Shown piece by piece: positions 49,411 through 61,726 of a stretch of 64,000 bases of DNA (positions are counted from its first letter, which is position 1; every line of letters begins with the position of its first letter). The notes below the pieces were generated by a model. That model made no database searches. It was not told where the DNA came from and was given only the letters and a program-made list of their open reading frames with translations. Both the position numbers and the translations under genes were made by a program. The DNA comes from Entomortierella parvispora E1425. Taxonomy: Eukaryota > Fungi > Mortierellomycota. The stretch spans positions 310,001-374,000 of the forward strand of contig BQFW01000003.1 of NCBI GenBank assembly GCA_020891255.1, read 5' to 3'.

Positions 49411-50832
49411 ATGGCCACCGCACTGAAGGATGTTGATGTGATCGCCATTGGCGCTGTTGGCACGACAGATGGCTCCACATCTGATTCCATCTTGGAAGAG
49501 CAGAGTGCTTCACACACAGAAGAGACTACCACGACTCCATCGACAGACACTGGCGGATCGCCAATAAGCCAGTCTAGCACTCAAAGTCAAATAGGCAATA
49601 CCGAGAAAAAGGAAGAGAAAATCGACTATGAGGAGCAACGGCGTAGAAACATTCTGGAGAACCAAAGGTTGATGATGGAGCTTGGTCTAAACCCAATCGC
49701 GATTAGCAGGTCTTTCCCTACCTCTTCCTATGATAAAAGCAAGGACTTTGACGATGATGAATACGAGGAAGGATCATCCGCTCCACCAAAGTCCAGCAGA
49801 GCTTATGTCGAGGCACGGAAACGTCGACCTAAAATTGTTCACCAGTCACCGATGGCAACACGCTCATCCAAGCGGATACGAGGCGAGGTAGCAGAGCAAT
49901 TCAATGTGGACCTGGAAGCCCTTGAGAAAGGGATCGTCCAGGATTTGGATGGAAACGACGAAGAGGTGGTTCAGCAGAGCAGCTATCAGCCTCCCCCTCA
50001 ACTTGGAGCCTACTCAAGATCTCTGTGGAAGGGGCGGAAGCAAACGACTGGGTTTGTCGTGGAGATGGAGATTCCCAACGCATGTGCTCCACTGACTCTA
50101 GGTAAGCGATCACGCTTATTCATGTATTTGTATTAATGAATTAATGAAGGCGAGAAGATGACAAGGACGAATGTGGTTTTAACGGAGCAATTGCATTCGT
50201 TTTAAAGGCAGTATCGCAACGACAATATGGGATCAAGGCAAGCTATACCAAGGCAAGGAGAACCGGTTAAAGTACTGGAGCGGCAAAGGAGTAGGTGGAA
50301 AACAAGTTCTTGTAGTATGGATTCTTTTGCTTGCTCTTGGGGAGAACGCAGCTGACAGCCTCTTCATGACATCCTTTAGAGTCTTTATAGACACCCATAT
50401 CCAATTGGATACAAGGCGGAGAAGTACTACTTTCGAGATCGATACAAGATGGAGATTAAGGAGGGTCCAGACGGACCAGTCTTTATTGTAGAATCTGCTA
50501 ATGGAAGAGTGTTCCAGGGATCTTCTCCCACACAGCCCTGGACCCTGGTGTGTCTGGCCAGTTACTCAAAAGGAACGCGGATCAGTGGGCCCTTGTTCTT
50601 TGGTTTCTCGGATCCAATCACTCAAAAGATGATTGAGAGTCTACCTGGGTATGAGTCGTGGGAAGCCGAAGTGGCCAAGGAAAACCAGAGGCTGGCTCTG
50701 CTTGAACTTGAGCAAGAGCAAGAGCCGAGGGGCGAGGAAAAAGAGGAGCGGGATGACGCAGAAACAGTGGAAGGAGAAGCACAGGTACCGCGAGAGCACC
50801 GGCAGAGACAGAAACAGGCACGCGAGGAGTGA
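49411..50832 (+). CDS. FYR (F/Y-rich FYRN/FYRC) domain nuclear protein
   Basis: YEEQRRRNILEN..LMMELGL; PYPIGYKAEK...YKMEIKEGPDGPVFIV...FQGSSPTQPW...SGPLFFGFSDPITQKMIESLPG. Three exons. Confidence 0.8.
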
Positions 50833-51182
50833 GCCTGAAGGAGTCTCAATTGCAGCAAGAAAACGAATGAAAAAAAAAAAAAATAAAATAAAAAAAAAAT
50901 AGAAGAGTGGGACTGCTCCCCGTGACAAAAAAAAAAAAAGCTTTTTGGCCCTTCGGTCTGCTTCCCTTCCCCGCCCCGCTCGATTCACACGCGCACAGAA
51001 AAACAAAGAACCAAGTTTTTTTTTTCTTTTCTCCATTCATTCCGAATCGCACTCCTCCTCCGTCGTCCCATTCTCCCTCTTCCGGTTGCATTGGCCCTAC
51101 GGATCCCTCCTCTCTTCTTAGTAGCACCCTCGCCACTCTTCCCCTCTTCCCGCCTCACAAAGTGTCGGAACAAACAGAAACA

Positions 51183-52858
51183 AGTAAAGCTCGGAGCTCT
51201 GGCTCTTTGCTGTTGTTGGCTCTTGGACCATGACCCTCTTTGTCAGGGCAAAGCTCTTACCCTGCTTTGTTCTTGGTCCGGGTTACAACCCTTGCTAACC
51301 ATGCGTACTCTTGCTTTTATCCCTGTTCTGAAATGATCAGTGAGAAAAACCAAGGTCTTTGGAGGTTCGTCCCACCCCGAACTCACATCGCTGATCACCG
51401 GACGTCTCGGTGTCGAGCCCGGTGCTGTCAAGCTCTCTCAGTTCAAGAACAAGGAGACCTCGGTTGAGATTGGTAAGTATCCGATGCCCACAAGGAACAG
51501 CCAGGAGTTACCTCATGAGGATGAGCTTGCCTCTAATGTCTTTACCTGCTCCTCTATTCTCTTTCATCCTCCCGTCATCCAGGCGTCTCTGTCCGTAACG
51601 AGGATGTTTACATCATCCAGTCTGGATCTCCCAAGATTAACGACTCTTTGATGGAGCTGTTGATCATGATCAATGCCTGCAAGGGTTCTTCAGCCCAGCG
51701 TATCACTGCCGTCATTCCTTACTTTCCCTACTCCAAGCAGAGCAAGAAGAAAAAGCACCGTGGTGCCATTGCTGCCAAGCGTACGTATAAAGCTTGTGAA
51801 CATCCCAATGCGGAACATCCGAGATCTAGTTCTTTAACCCATCCACCGTTTCGCTCCCTTTTCTCTAATAGTGGTTGCCAACATTCTCTCTATCTCTGGC
51901 GTTGATCACGTCATCACCATGGATCTTCACGCTTCTCAGATGCAGGGATTCTTCAACCTCCCCGTCGATAACCTGTACGCCGAGCCTACAATTGCAAAGT
52001 GGATCCAGGAGAATGTCGAGGACTGGGAGAACGGTGTCGTTGTCAGTAAGAACGCCGGAGGAGCCAAGAGGTAAGCGCAAAGATTCCATGAAAGAGGAAC
52101 CATGGACGTTATGGGCTGGATAGTAACAGGTTTTCTCTTTTTCTCCTCGTTATCGTAGGGTTACCTCGCTCGCCGATCGTCTCAACATCGACTTTGCGTT
52201 GATCCACATGGATAGAACCAGAAAGGGACATGCTCAGGATCCTGACCACTCTCTCTCAAAACCGGAGAACATCTACAACCGTCTCGAGGACGAGGACGAT
52301 GATGACGACAGCATGGTGGATGCCGAGACTGGCCATGAGGTTCAGCGCCCAGAGGTTGCTGACGAGACTTCGTTGATGACCCTTGTCGGTGATGTCCAGG
52401 GCAAAGTGTGCTTCATTGTCGTAAGTAGAGATGACCGTTTTGATGACCGTGCTATGATTTTTGGCAAGCAAGCAGTAAAGAGTTGAAAACTCTGCATGGA
52501 AAATTCCTCCAACGGACCCTAACACATCCTTGCATGGTCTATTTAGGATGATATGATTGATGGATGCCACTCTTTCTTGGAGGCTGCCGACAACTTGGTC
52601 AGCCATGGAGCCAAGTCTGTTTACATCATTGCCACGCACGGAATCTTGAGTGGCAACTCTTTGCGCCAGATTGAGGAGTGCGCGAACGTGCACAAGATTG
52701 TGGTCACAAACACGTACCCTATTCCTCAAGAGAAGCGTGCCCTGTGCTCCAAGTTGCAGGTGCTCGACATCAGTGCCACCTTGGCCGAGGCCATTCGCCG
52801 TACCCACAATGGAGAGAGTATCAGTTATCTGTTCTCTCAGGTTCCCAAGAACCTCTAG
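51183..52858 (+). CDS. PRS1: Ribose-phosphate pyrophosphokinase (PRS1-type); start codon apparently split by an intron
   Basis: [15 protein letters not shown]...[11 protein letters not shown]; [29 protein letters not shown]; [11 protein letters not shown]; [10 protein letters not shown]; [10 protein letters not shown]. The insertion after IHMDR is typical of Prs1. Confidence 0.93.
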
Positions 52859-53252
52859 TCGTCTAGGAGCTATTAGCGACATGATACAGGTGGACAAGGA
52901 TACCACACCATTCGAGGATATACACAACCCTTTTGCATCTCTCACATGAATTAAAGAAAACATCAATATATAATCGTTTTAGACCAAGAAGAGTGTGTGC
53001 TAGACTTCTTGAGGTTTATTGGGCGCAGCTACATCGAGTCATTGGAGGCGAAGAGAGTAGCATCAAGCTCCTTTCTCTGCCAATTGCTCTTGCACGCAGT
53101 CGAATCGTCGGACCACGCCTCCCTGTCGAGTCATCAGCTTGGTGGCGTTTGATGGCGCCACATTTCAGTGGCTTAGAAATGTTTACTATTTATGAAAAAA
53201 AATGAAACTCGACACTCTTTTCTTCTCCACAACATCAAACATAATTCTCACA

Positions 53253-55127
53253 ATGTCCGTCGGTGTAAGTTATCCTTGACCATCGTCTCTACAGCGATGT
53301 GCGTTGTCGCTTGGATTCCAGATGCATCGCTGAGTACAGCGGCGATATGTAGTAGAAGCGCACCAAGAGCTCCGTATTGAATTTTTCGCCCTCCTTCTTG
53401 TGTATTCTAGACCATCTACTCTTACCCCCAGAACCCCCGCGTCTTCAAGGCCCAGGTCGTTGCCAAGTACAACGGCATTGAGGTCACCGTCGATGACAAG
53501 TTTGTCATGGGCACCACCAACAAGACCCCCGAGTGGATCGCCAAGTTCGGTACTTCCCAGGTAAACATTTTGCTTTTTTTTTTTTTTTTTTTTTGTTTGA
53601 AACGCTTTGTTTTGGTCGTACAGCTAAATTGACATTCCTCAACGGCCTTTTTTTTTTTTTGCAGGTCCCCGCTTTCGAGGGCACTGATGGCACCATCATC
53701 TTCGAGTCTGGCGCCATCGCTTACTACCGTAAGTGATTTTTTTCTGTTTGTGCAGCCTTTGGAAGATTCAGCAGATACGATTTTGCTCTACAAAGGAAAG
53801 GAGGAGATAGGAGACCAAGGAGCAAGGACCTAGAAGAAAGCTTTGGGAAGTAGGAGGAAAGACGAGTGAAGGATGAACTTGTTTTTTAATCAGTTATCCC
53901 TGACTTAATCTATTTGTGTCGAGAACTTGATTTCTGATTCTCGTCTTCCTCCCTCTTCCCAAGGAGCTGGGTTCTTGTTCTCTTGTGTTCATTCAACTCC
54001 CAAGGAACTGGATAATGGGAACAAAAAGAAGAAGAAAAAAAAAGAAAAAAAGGTGAATGGCAGCTAACGAAAGCAATCATCTTTTATTGAACAATGTTAC
54101 AGTCGCCCACTTGAAGGAGAAGTCGACCTTGGTCGGTCGCTCCACCTCCGAGGAGGCCCACATCCAGCAGTGGATCCAGTTTGTCGACTGCTCGATCGTC
54201 CCCGCCCTCAGTGCCTGGTTGTTCCCTATCTGGGGCTTCAGCCCTTACAACAAGGTGAACGAGACCGCCGCCATTGAGCGTGTCAAGACCCAGCTCCAGA
54301 CCCTCGAGCGTCACTTGATCAAGAAGACCTACCTCGTTGGCGAGCGCGTCACCTTGGCCGATATCTCTGCCGCCACCGCCCTCTACATCGGCTACAAGTC
54401 CCTCTTTGATGCTCCCTTCCGCAAGGACTTCCCCGCCGTCACCCGCTGGTTCAACACCATCGTCAACCAGGCCAACTTCAAGGCCGTCGCTGGCGAGTTT
54501 GTCGCCTGCGAGACCCCCTTGAAGTTCACTCCCCCCAAGAAGGAGGCCAAGGAGAAGAAGCCCGAGGCCGCCAAGCCCAAGAAGGAGGAGAAGCCCAAGG
54601 CTGCCCCCAAGGAGGAGGAGGAGGAGACCTTCCAGGATGCCCCCAAGCCCAAGTCCAAGTTGGACTTGTTGCCCGCCGCCAAGATGCCCCTCGATGAGTG
54701 GAAGCGTCAGTACTCCAACAACGATACCCCCGTCGCCATGAAGTGGTTGTGGGAGAACATTGACTTGACTGCCGACTACTCGTTCTGGAAGGTCGACTAC
54801 AAGTACAACGACGAGTTGACCAAGTTGTACATGTCCAACAACTTGGCTGGTGGTCTGATGAACCGTTTGGAGCGTGCCCGCAAGTACGCTTTCGGATGCT
54901 TGGTCGTTGCTGGTGAGGACAACGCCAACATCATCACCGGTTACTTCATTGTCCGCGGTAACGCCGAGGAGATGATTGAGGAGATCACCGATGCTGCCGA
55001 TTACGATTCCTACAACTGGGTCAAGATCAACGTCGACGAGGAGAACAAGCAGAAGATCAACCAGGTCTTTGCCTGGGAGGGTTCCGTCGAGGGCAAGCCC
55101 ATCATGGACGGAAAGGTCTTCAAGTAA
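53253..55127 (+). CDS. TEF4: Translation elongation factor eEF1B-gamma
   Basis: MSVG|TIYSYPQNPRVFKA; VPAFEG..IFESGAIAYY; GERVTLADI; FPAVTRWF; PLDEWKRQYSN; KVDYKYNDEL; GKVFK*. Strong C/G-ending codon bias. Confidence 0.97.
53861..53945 (+). ncRNA. snR38: Intronic C/D box snoRNA, snR38-like
   Basis: In intron 3 of eEF1B-gamma: C-like box AGGATGA (53870-76), guide CAGTTATCCCTG (53891-902) complementary to LSU rRNA CAGGGAUAACUG, D' CTTA, D box CTGA (53934-37), terminal stem GACGAG/CTCGTC. Confidence 0.85.
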
Positions 55128-55318
55128 ACCATTTGCTTTTGTCCCTTCAGTCGCTCTCTCTTGATTCACATCTAATAAAACATAAATCAGCATCGCTGTT
55201 TCTTGAGAACCAACAACATACACAGAAAAAAAAAATGAGAATGATGGCGTCTTGGTAATTCTTTTTTTTTTAATGTTTTTGAAATATCATTTTGTCTAGG
55301 GGGGTTGAGAATTACTGT

Positions 55319-56612
55319 CTATCTGGCTTCGTTGATTACAAACGCGATCACAACGGCCAGCATGCCTAGAAAGGTAAGAGCAATTACAAGAGTATTGGTG
55401 AGAAACGCAACGCGTCGTCCGCAAGTTTGTATCTCATTGAAGAACATGGCAAAAGAGAGCGAGATTTTTCTTACCGATTACAACATGGTATTTTTCTTCA
55501 AAGAATTGCAACGTGGCGGAAAATTCGGCAGGTTGGTCCAAGTCAAAGCTCTTCAGCCAGCCTTTGCCATAAACCAATACTAAAAAAAAAAACGCGAAGA
55601 GAGATAATGGGAGAAAAGGATGAATACTCAAATAGATCGCGTGAAAGAGATCCAGATGCTCGGTCGTGCAGGTCTAGACTTACAGAGGACGTCGTGATAT
55701 CTCACGGGAGTTTCCTGCTCTGGAGTGGGTGATTCAGAGTCTTGCACAGAGGAGCGTTCGCCAGCTTCTTCCTCACTGGCCCCTTCCATAGTAAGAGACT
55801 CTGATGGCGGTGGAGATTTCACAGGAACGGGGGCGCGAACTATTTTCATCGCCAATACCTCCTACATGACAAAAAGTGATACGGAGATGAGTACCTTTTT
55901 TAGAAGACAATGCTCCTTGTGAACTAGACTTACTCTCATGGGAGACATTTCCAGAAAACCCTTATCACCCATGGCCATCGAGAGTTCCCAATTACTCCTC
56001 GAGGTTGGGTAGGTTGCGTCATCGAGAGAGCGTCTCAAGACCAGGATATCATTGCGCTAAATACAAGAGAAGTAGGGCAGAGGCAGAGAATGAGATAGGA
56101 ACATGGTAGTTATAAAAGATGACAGCCGCAATATTTCATTTTTACTCACCGCAGTTTTCAAGACCATCACATCTGAGCGGTCGTTCAGTACACCTTGCTC
56201 TGTATCGACTGACTCTAGTCCAGCATCGATCACACTGTAGGTCCATCGGTCCATTAGATTGGTACTTGGCATCACGAATCGATCCGAGAGTTTTCCTGAA
56301 GAGTCCAATTTCCGATCCGCTATTTTGTACTGATTGTAGTTGTTATTCTCAAACTGCATCTTGTTTTTGAATCGACCGTTCCGACGACCATCGTCGTCCT
56401 CTTGCCAGTTGGATTCTCGATAATGCTGGGGACTGCTGCCATCTTGGTGTGAAGGAAGAGGAGGGTGTCTGATATCCAAAGACCGAATCTTGTTCTTCAC
56501 AGGGATGTGAATAGAATACCCATCAGAAGATTTCACTATTATCGAAGACAAGAAGTGCACTCTTGTTAACTTCTTTCTGCGTCCATCAAGGATTTGAACC
56601 GCATGGATTCTC

Positions 56613-56647
<35 letters not shown>

Positions 56648-58582
56648 ATATAAGGTCTCTGGACAGAGTCACCATGAACGTAGGCGTCATCATTGATCAT
56701 GTCATTCTCCTGCAACAGCTGCTGGTATCTGTCCCACTAGATTACAAGAAGAAGAAAAGAAAATGAAAATAAGTACCAGATGTTTCACGGTGGGGAAAGC
56801 AGAATACGGAAAGGTTTTCCATACCCGACGAGAATCTGATAGCCATTTCTTGTTCCCTGTCATCATCTCGGAGACTTTGGTGGCGACCATCATATGGTAC
56901 TCCCAAGTATCACGATTCTCCACTACTTTTCCCATGAGTATGTGCGACTCTTCGCTAAGAAAAGAGGCCGAAATTAATAATGATACTAATGAATAGAGGG
57001 GATCGTCTATCTCTGTGGATATCTTTCATACCTTAGAGGGTATGATTGAAGCTGAGTCAGAAAACTCATCCTGTATGGCGTGTTTCGTTTCTCATCGCAC
57101 TTCATGGTAGGTCCCGGAGACCCATAGGAAAGTGCATAGGGCCTCTCTGGTGTGGTCGATCCAGGCTGAAGCTGAGGTAACTGTAAGCTCCTGAAGTAGA
57201 CAGTATCGCTCAGTCTATGAAAGTGCCCGTCATACAGATGGTCGGTGGTTAGTAAAGCGCAGTGACACGCACGGCTTCAATTCATGTATCCCTGAGCTCA
57301 GCTGCAATACCTTGAATAAAGAATGCTATCATGCTCCAAGCTAAAGTCTTTGATAGCCGTTGATCCAGGGAGAACATAGTCAAATGTCTGGAATGGAACT
57401 TGCGAATGGCAAGTTTCTGTTGACATCGATGCGCAGTCTGCTATTCTTCCCCCCAATTCAACAATGCTCAATATATTAGCTTCGCACTGACGGATACGCC
57501 CCTCATTATTTTTCATCCATGTTGTCGTTTACCTCGAAGATCGACTTTGCCACTGTGGAATACACCGTAATGATAGATCCGACTGTGATAGGCAACATGC
57601 TCATCCTGGACCACTTTGAATACGACAGCTAACCGGATGACTTCTCTGTGGACGTCAATTTCTTCGTCCTGTCTTTGATCCTGACCCTGTGCTGATGAAC
57701 TCCGAGTCGGCTTTCTTGGAGTCGGAAAGACGCGTTTTGACAATGAAGCATGAACAATCGGTCCTGGTAGCTTGTGCGTGTACATGAGGTCCCAAGCTAA
57801 TGACATGATATGAATGAGGGGGGTTCTCTGGTGAGTTCATACAATAAAGCACCAGTCTTGTCAGCGTTTGATAGCCCAAAGCGCAAAGGAATGCGGTGCA
57901 ATTTTTATTCGTCGTAACAAGTTTCGCTTACTTGAAGAGTTATCGCCTGTCAAGGCCCTGTCCAGAGGCCTTCTGTACTGTCGGATATGTCCTAGCAATG
58001 TTTATAATCAATCAATTAACGCCAACGTTAGAGCAAACAGCCGCCAAAGTCGATTCGTTCATTTCACATAGAACAAACTTGTTTGTTTTTACCTGGACCG
58101 CAATCACCATCATCGTACCACAAGTTTGTCATCCAGATCCATTGCTGCTCATTTCCTTTAGAGCCCAGAGAGTCCAGTTCCGCCTCATCCGTCGGTCCCT
58201 GCGCCGAAGCATCGCCGTCTTTGGTGCCTTTCATTTTTCGCCATTGCGACTGCCATAGACCTGCTGGGCCGTCCTTGGCGAGCGCCTTCTTTACGCCATG
58301 GTCAATCTGTCCCTCTTCTCTGTCAGACTCTGCTCCGGTGCCTTCCTCTGGATCTGATAAAGCAAAATCCGATTCCTTGGTGAACAAGACTTGCTCTGCA
58401 AGGTAGACGGGTGAAATCTCTAGAAACGTTCTGTCGGGGAGTCGACCCCCAAAATGCTCGATCGTGTCGTTGTTTTCGCTCACTTTTACAGGAAAGTCAT
58501 ACCCGTCGCCATGGAGTCGAACAAAGAGATAGATGATGGTCAGCCCAAAGGAGAGCATCCCCAGGGGACGCCAGGGCATCAT
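55319..58582 (-). CDS. Conserved-looking hypothetical membrane protein, multi-exon
   Basis: N-terminal hydrophobic helix (MMPWRPLGMLSFGLTIIYLFVR) and a chain of GT-AG exons ending ..FFEEKYHVVI|GMLAVVIAFVINEAR*. Internal exons were only partly resolved. Confidence 0.6.
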
Positions 58583-59024
58583 TCTGAATGTGGGTTACAG
58601 AAACTTTCAGCAAAAAAAAAAAAAACGAGATGCAATGGGGTAATAGGCGGTGTGATGCAGGAGGGAATGCAGATTGTTGACGATTTCACAATGAGACAAG
58701 GATGAATGCGCAAGGTTGAGGATGGAAAGCAAGATGTTGTGGGAATGATGGGAACTGAAAGAGAGCGACAGAGAGAAGGCAAGGGAAAAGAGAGAGAGAA
58801 AAAAGAAACGTCTTTGTCGCACACAAATTATCCGCTTCCTTGTGAGCGTCGACGCGTCGCGCGTTTCCCCCCACCAGATCCGCTTGCAAGTCAAAGAAAA
58901 AAAAGTAAGATGCATGGGTTGCTTGTATTTGTGAAAGAATATAAAAAAGAGTATCGTCTGCCTCATCGTCCTCGATCGCAGGCCTACATTCATCTCATTG
59001 CGACTTTTGGATGTGTGTCCCGCC

Positions 59025-61188
59025 TTATTGCTCAGGCTGCATATCGCCCTCAGCCATCTCCTGCTGCTCGGGAGCAGCGCCACCCTGCTGGCGTCTCTGT
59101 CCTGACAATCCAGAGACAATATCATCGACACGGAGCAACAGGCACGAAGACTCGATCGCTGTCTTGATCGTCTGGACCTTGACTGCGTTGGGCTCCCAGA
59201 TACCGTACTCGTGCATGTCAGCGATCTTGCCAGCATGACCATCCACACCCCATGAGTGGTGACCAGTGGCGTGCTTGGCACGAAGAGAAGTCAAGACCTT
59301 GATGGCGTTTCCTCCACAGTTCTGGATCAAGGTACGGGGGATAACCTCCATAGCCTCGGCGACGGCCTTGTAGGGCCACTGGATCGATCCCTCCAAGCTC
59401 TTGCTCTTCTCCATAAGACCAACAGAGATGGCCATCTCAGTTGCTCCTCCACCGGGTGCCAACTTGGCGTTGAAGTAAACGTTGCGGGCAACGCACATGG
59501 CATCCATCAAGTTACGCTCAATCTCGTTCAAAATATCCTTGGAGGGTCCACGCAAGAGGACCGTGCAGGCCTTGGGGTTGTTGCATCCAGTCAAGAAAGT
59601 GAAGTACTCGTCACCAATCTTCTCCACGGCAAAGAGACCGCAGTCAGTTCCAACGTCCGACTCCTTCAAGTCATCAACGCGGTTCACAATGGTAGCACCA
59701 ACAGCACGGGCGATACGGTTGTTATCAGTCTTACGAACACGGCGGATAGCAGTGATGTTGGCCTTGACAAAGTAGTGCTGGGCCAAGTCAGAGACACCCT
59801 TTTCCGTGAAAACAATGTCGGGCTTCAACTCGATAATCTTGTCGCACATGCTCTTGATCTGCTCCTCCTCAATCTGCAAGATACGGCTCCAGTCTGACTC
59901 CTTGGTGACCTCGATGTTGGTCTGCGACTCTCCCTTCTTGTACTCGAGAGGGCAATCCAAGAGAATAATACGGGGGTTCTCAATGCGACGACGCATCTTG
60001 GGGTGAGTGACATCCTTGTTGACCATAACTCCGTCCAAAACTCGGCAGTCGTCAATCTCGCCACCAGGGATCTATTGTTTTACAAGGATTTTTTGTCAGC
60101 ATTGTCCAACTTGTCAAATTCCGTAGCTGGCCCGTAAACGACACAAATTCCTGTGCGTGCACGTGGATTCCTGTAGCTGTTACCTTCTCAACTCTGGCGT
60201 AGCGCTTAATGTCAACCTCTCTGCGGCCATCAACCTCAACAGCGACGCAGCGAACAGCATCCAACGCGAGGTTGCACATCAAGTCGTTCCAGCGGCTGAC
60301 AAGCTTGGTTCCGATAGAAGTCTTGATAAGGTCCAACATCTCGCCCTTGTTGTTGACGTCGACGGGGATAGAGATCCTATCAACAATCTCGATGGCATCC
60401 TCCAAGGCCTGCTTCAAGGCAGCAATGATGACAATGGGGTGGATGTTGCGCTCAAGGTAAGGGAGAGCCTGGGCAAGAACCTCACCAGCTAAAAAATGGT
60501 TCAAAGGGAAGAGTACAATGGTCAGATCCAGACCTAGTCAAGCACCCTTTTTTTTATCTTCTCTCCAAGTAGATCATTCCTGAATTGATTACCGAGGATA
60601 ATGACACTGGTGGTTCCATCGCCGACCTCCTCGTCCTGTGTTCTGGCGAGTTCAATCATGCTCTTGGCAGCGGGGTGAGCAACCTCGACCTCACGCAAAA
60701 TGGCGTTTCCATCGTTGGTGAGAACAACTCCTCCCATAGGGTCCAGCAACATCTTCAACATGGAACGGGGTCCCAAGCAAGTCCTGATGATATCAGCAAC
60801 GGTCTAGCATGGTAAATTTGCGTATGTAAGAAAAGCGTCATAGGTACGTTAGTCGATGGTGGCGCCTCAAGATGTATTTTTCGTTCATTTCCTGGTCCTG
60901 ATCAGATGGTGCCTTGAAAAAGCATCATTTGGTTTGAGATGCACAGGTGAGTTTGTACCTTGGCCGCGGTAATGTTGGAGGTCTGAGCCTTGCGACCGGT
61001 CTCGCGCTCCATGTTGGTGTCTAATGGACAGAAATGACAGATGAGTGGGTTGATCAGTGACCATGATCTACATGACGACGCGTCGCTCTGGAGAGTGTTT
61101 GTTTCCAGACAGGGCGAGATGCGGTTGATCGAGATTGAGCATCCGAGGACGACCATGCGGACGTACTCATAACAATGACTTGACTCAT
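59025..61188 (-). CDS. CCT3: T-complex protein 1 subunit gamma (chaperonin CCT3)
   Basis: MSQVIVMN|TNMERETGRKAQ; LGPRSMLKMLLDPMGGVVLTNDGNAILRE; [12 protein letters not shown]; IDIKRYARVEK; LLLRVDDIVSG. Confidence 0.97.
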
Positions 61189-61726
61189 GGTGGGCAGATG
61201 TGTATTGGGGGGGGAGGGGGTGATGAAGATGGGAGAGCGGGGATGAAGCGAGGGAGGGGGGGGATGAAGGAGTGAATGGGATTCGGTGGCGGATTCTCTT
61301 TTCTCAGGTCTGACCGTCCTGCCAATTGCTTCGAGCTGGTTCCATCTCGCTTCTCTCCAAGCGTGCGAGTGCAGTGCGAGTGCGACTGAGTGCGACGAGC
61401 GTATCTTAAGGGTGTGTCCCTGTAAGCTGGTCGCTGTCATATGCAGCCCATGCGATCATGCCCTCTTCCATCCGCCCCCCTTTCTTTTCGCTCCGTTCTT
61501 CTTCGCCAAGTCCAGGAACACAGCGTCATTGGTCATTTGTTGGCCGCAGCCGTGCCCAACTTTGTCGTGCTCAGCCAGACAACTGCTTCCTGATCCCGAT
61601 CTCTTTTCTCTTTCTTTGCTTCCTATAAAGGGCACCGCATTCGTCTCCATTACCCTCCTTGCTATATTCTCTTTTCCCCTTCACATCTTCACATCCATCC
61701 CTCCTCGCTTCTGATCCCTTCTTTCA

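Noticed and set aside
53285-53350. CAGCGATG/CATCGCTG hairpin in eEF1B-gamma intron 1 as an H/ACA snoRNA
   Set aside because: No properly placed H box, second hairpin or ACA box.
54084-55223. 379-aa antisense ORF over eEF1B-gamma (and a 213-aa antisense ORF over CCT3 at 59256-59897)
   Set aside because: Shadow ORFs produced by strong C/G third-position codon bias of highly expressed genes; no recognisable domain.
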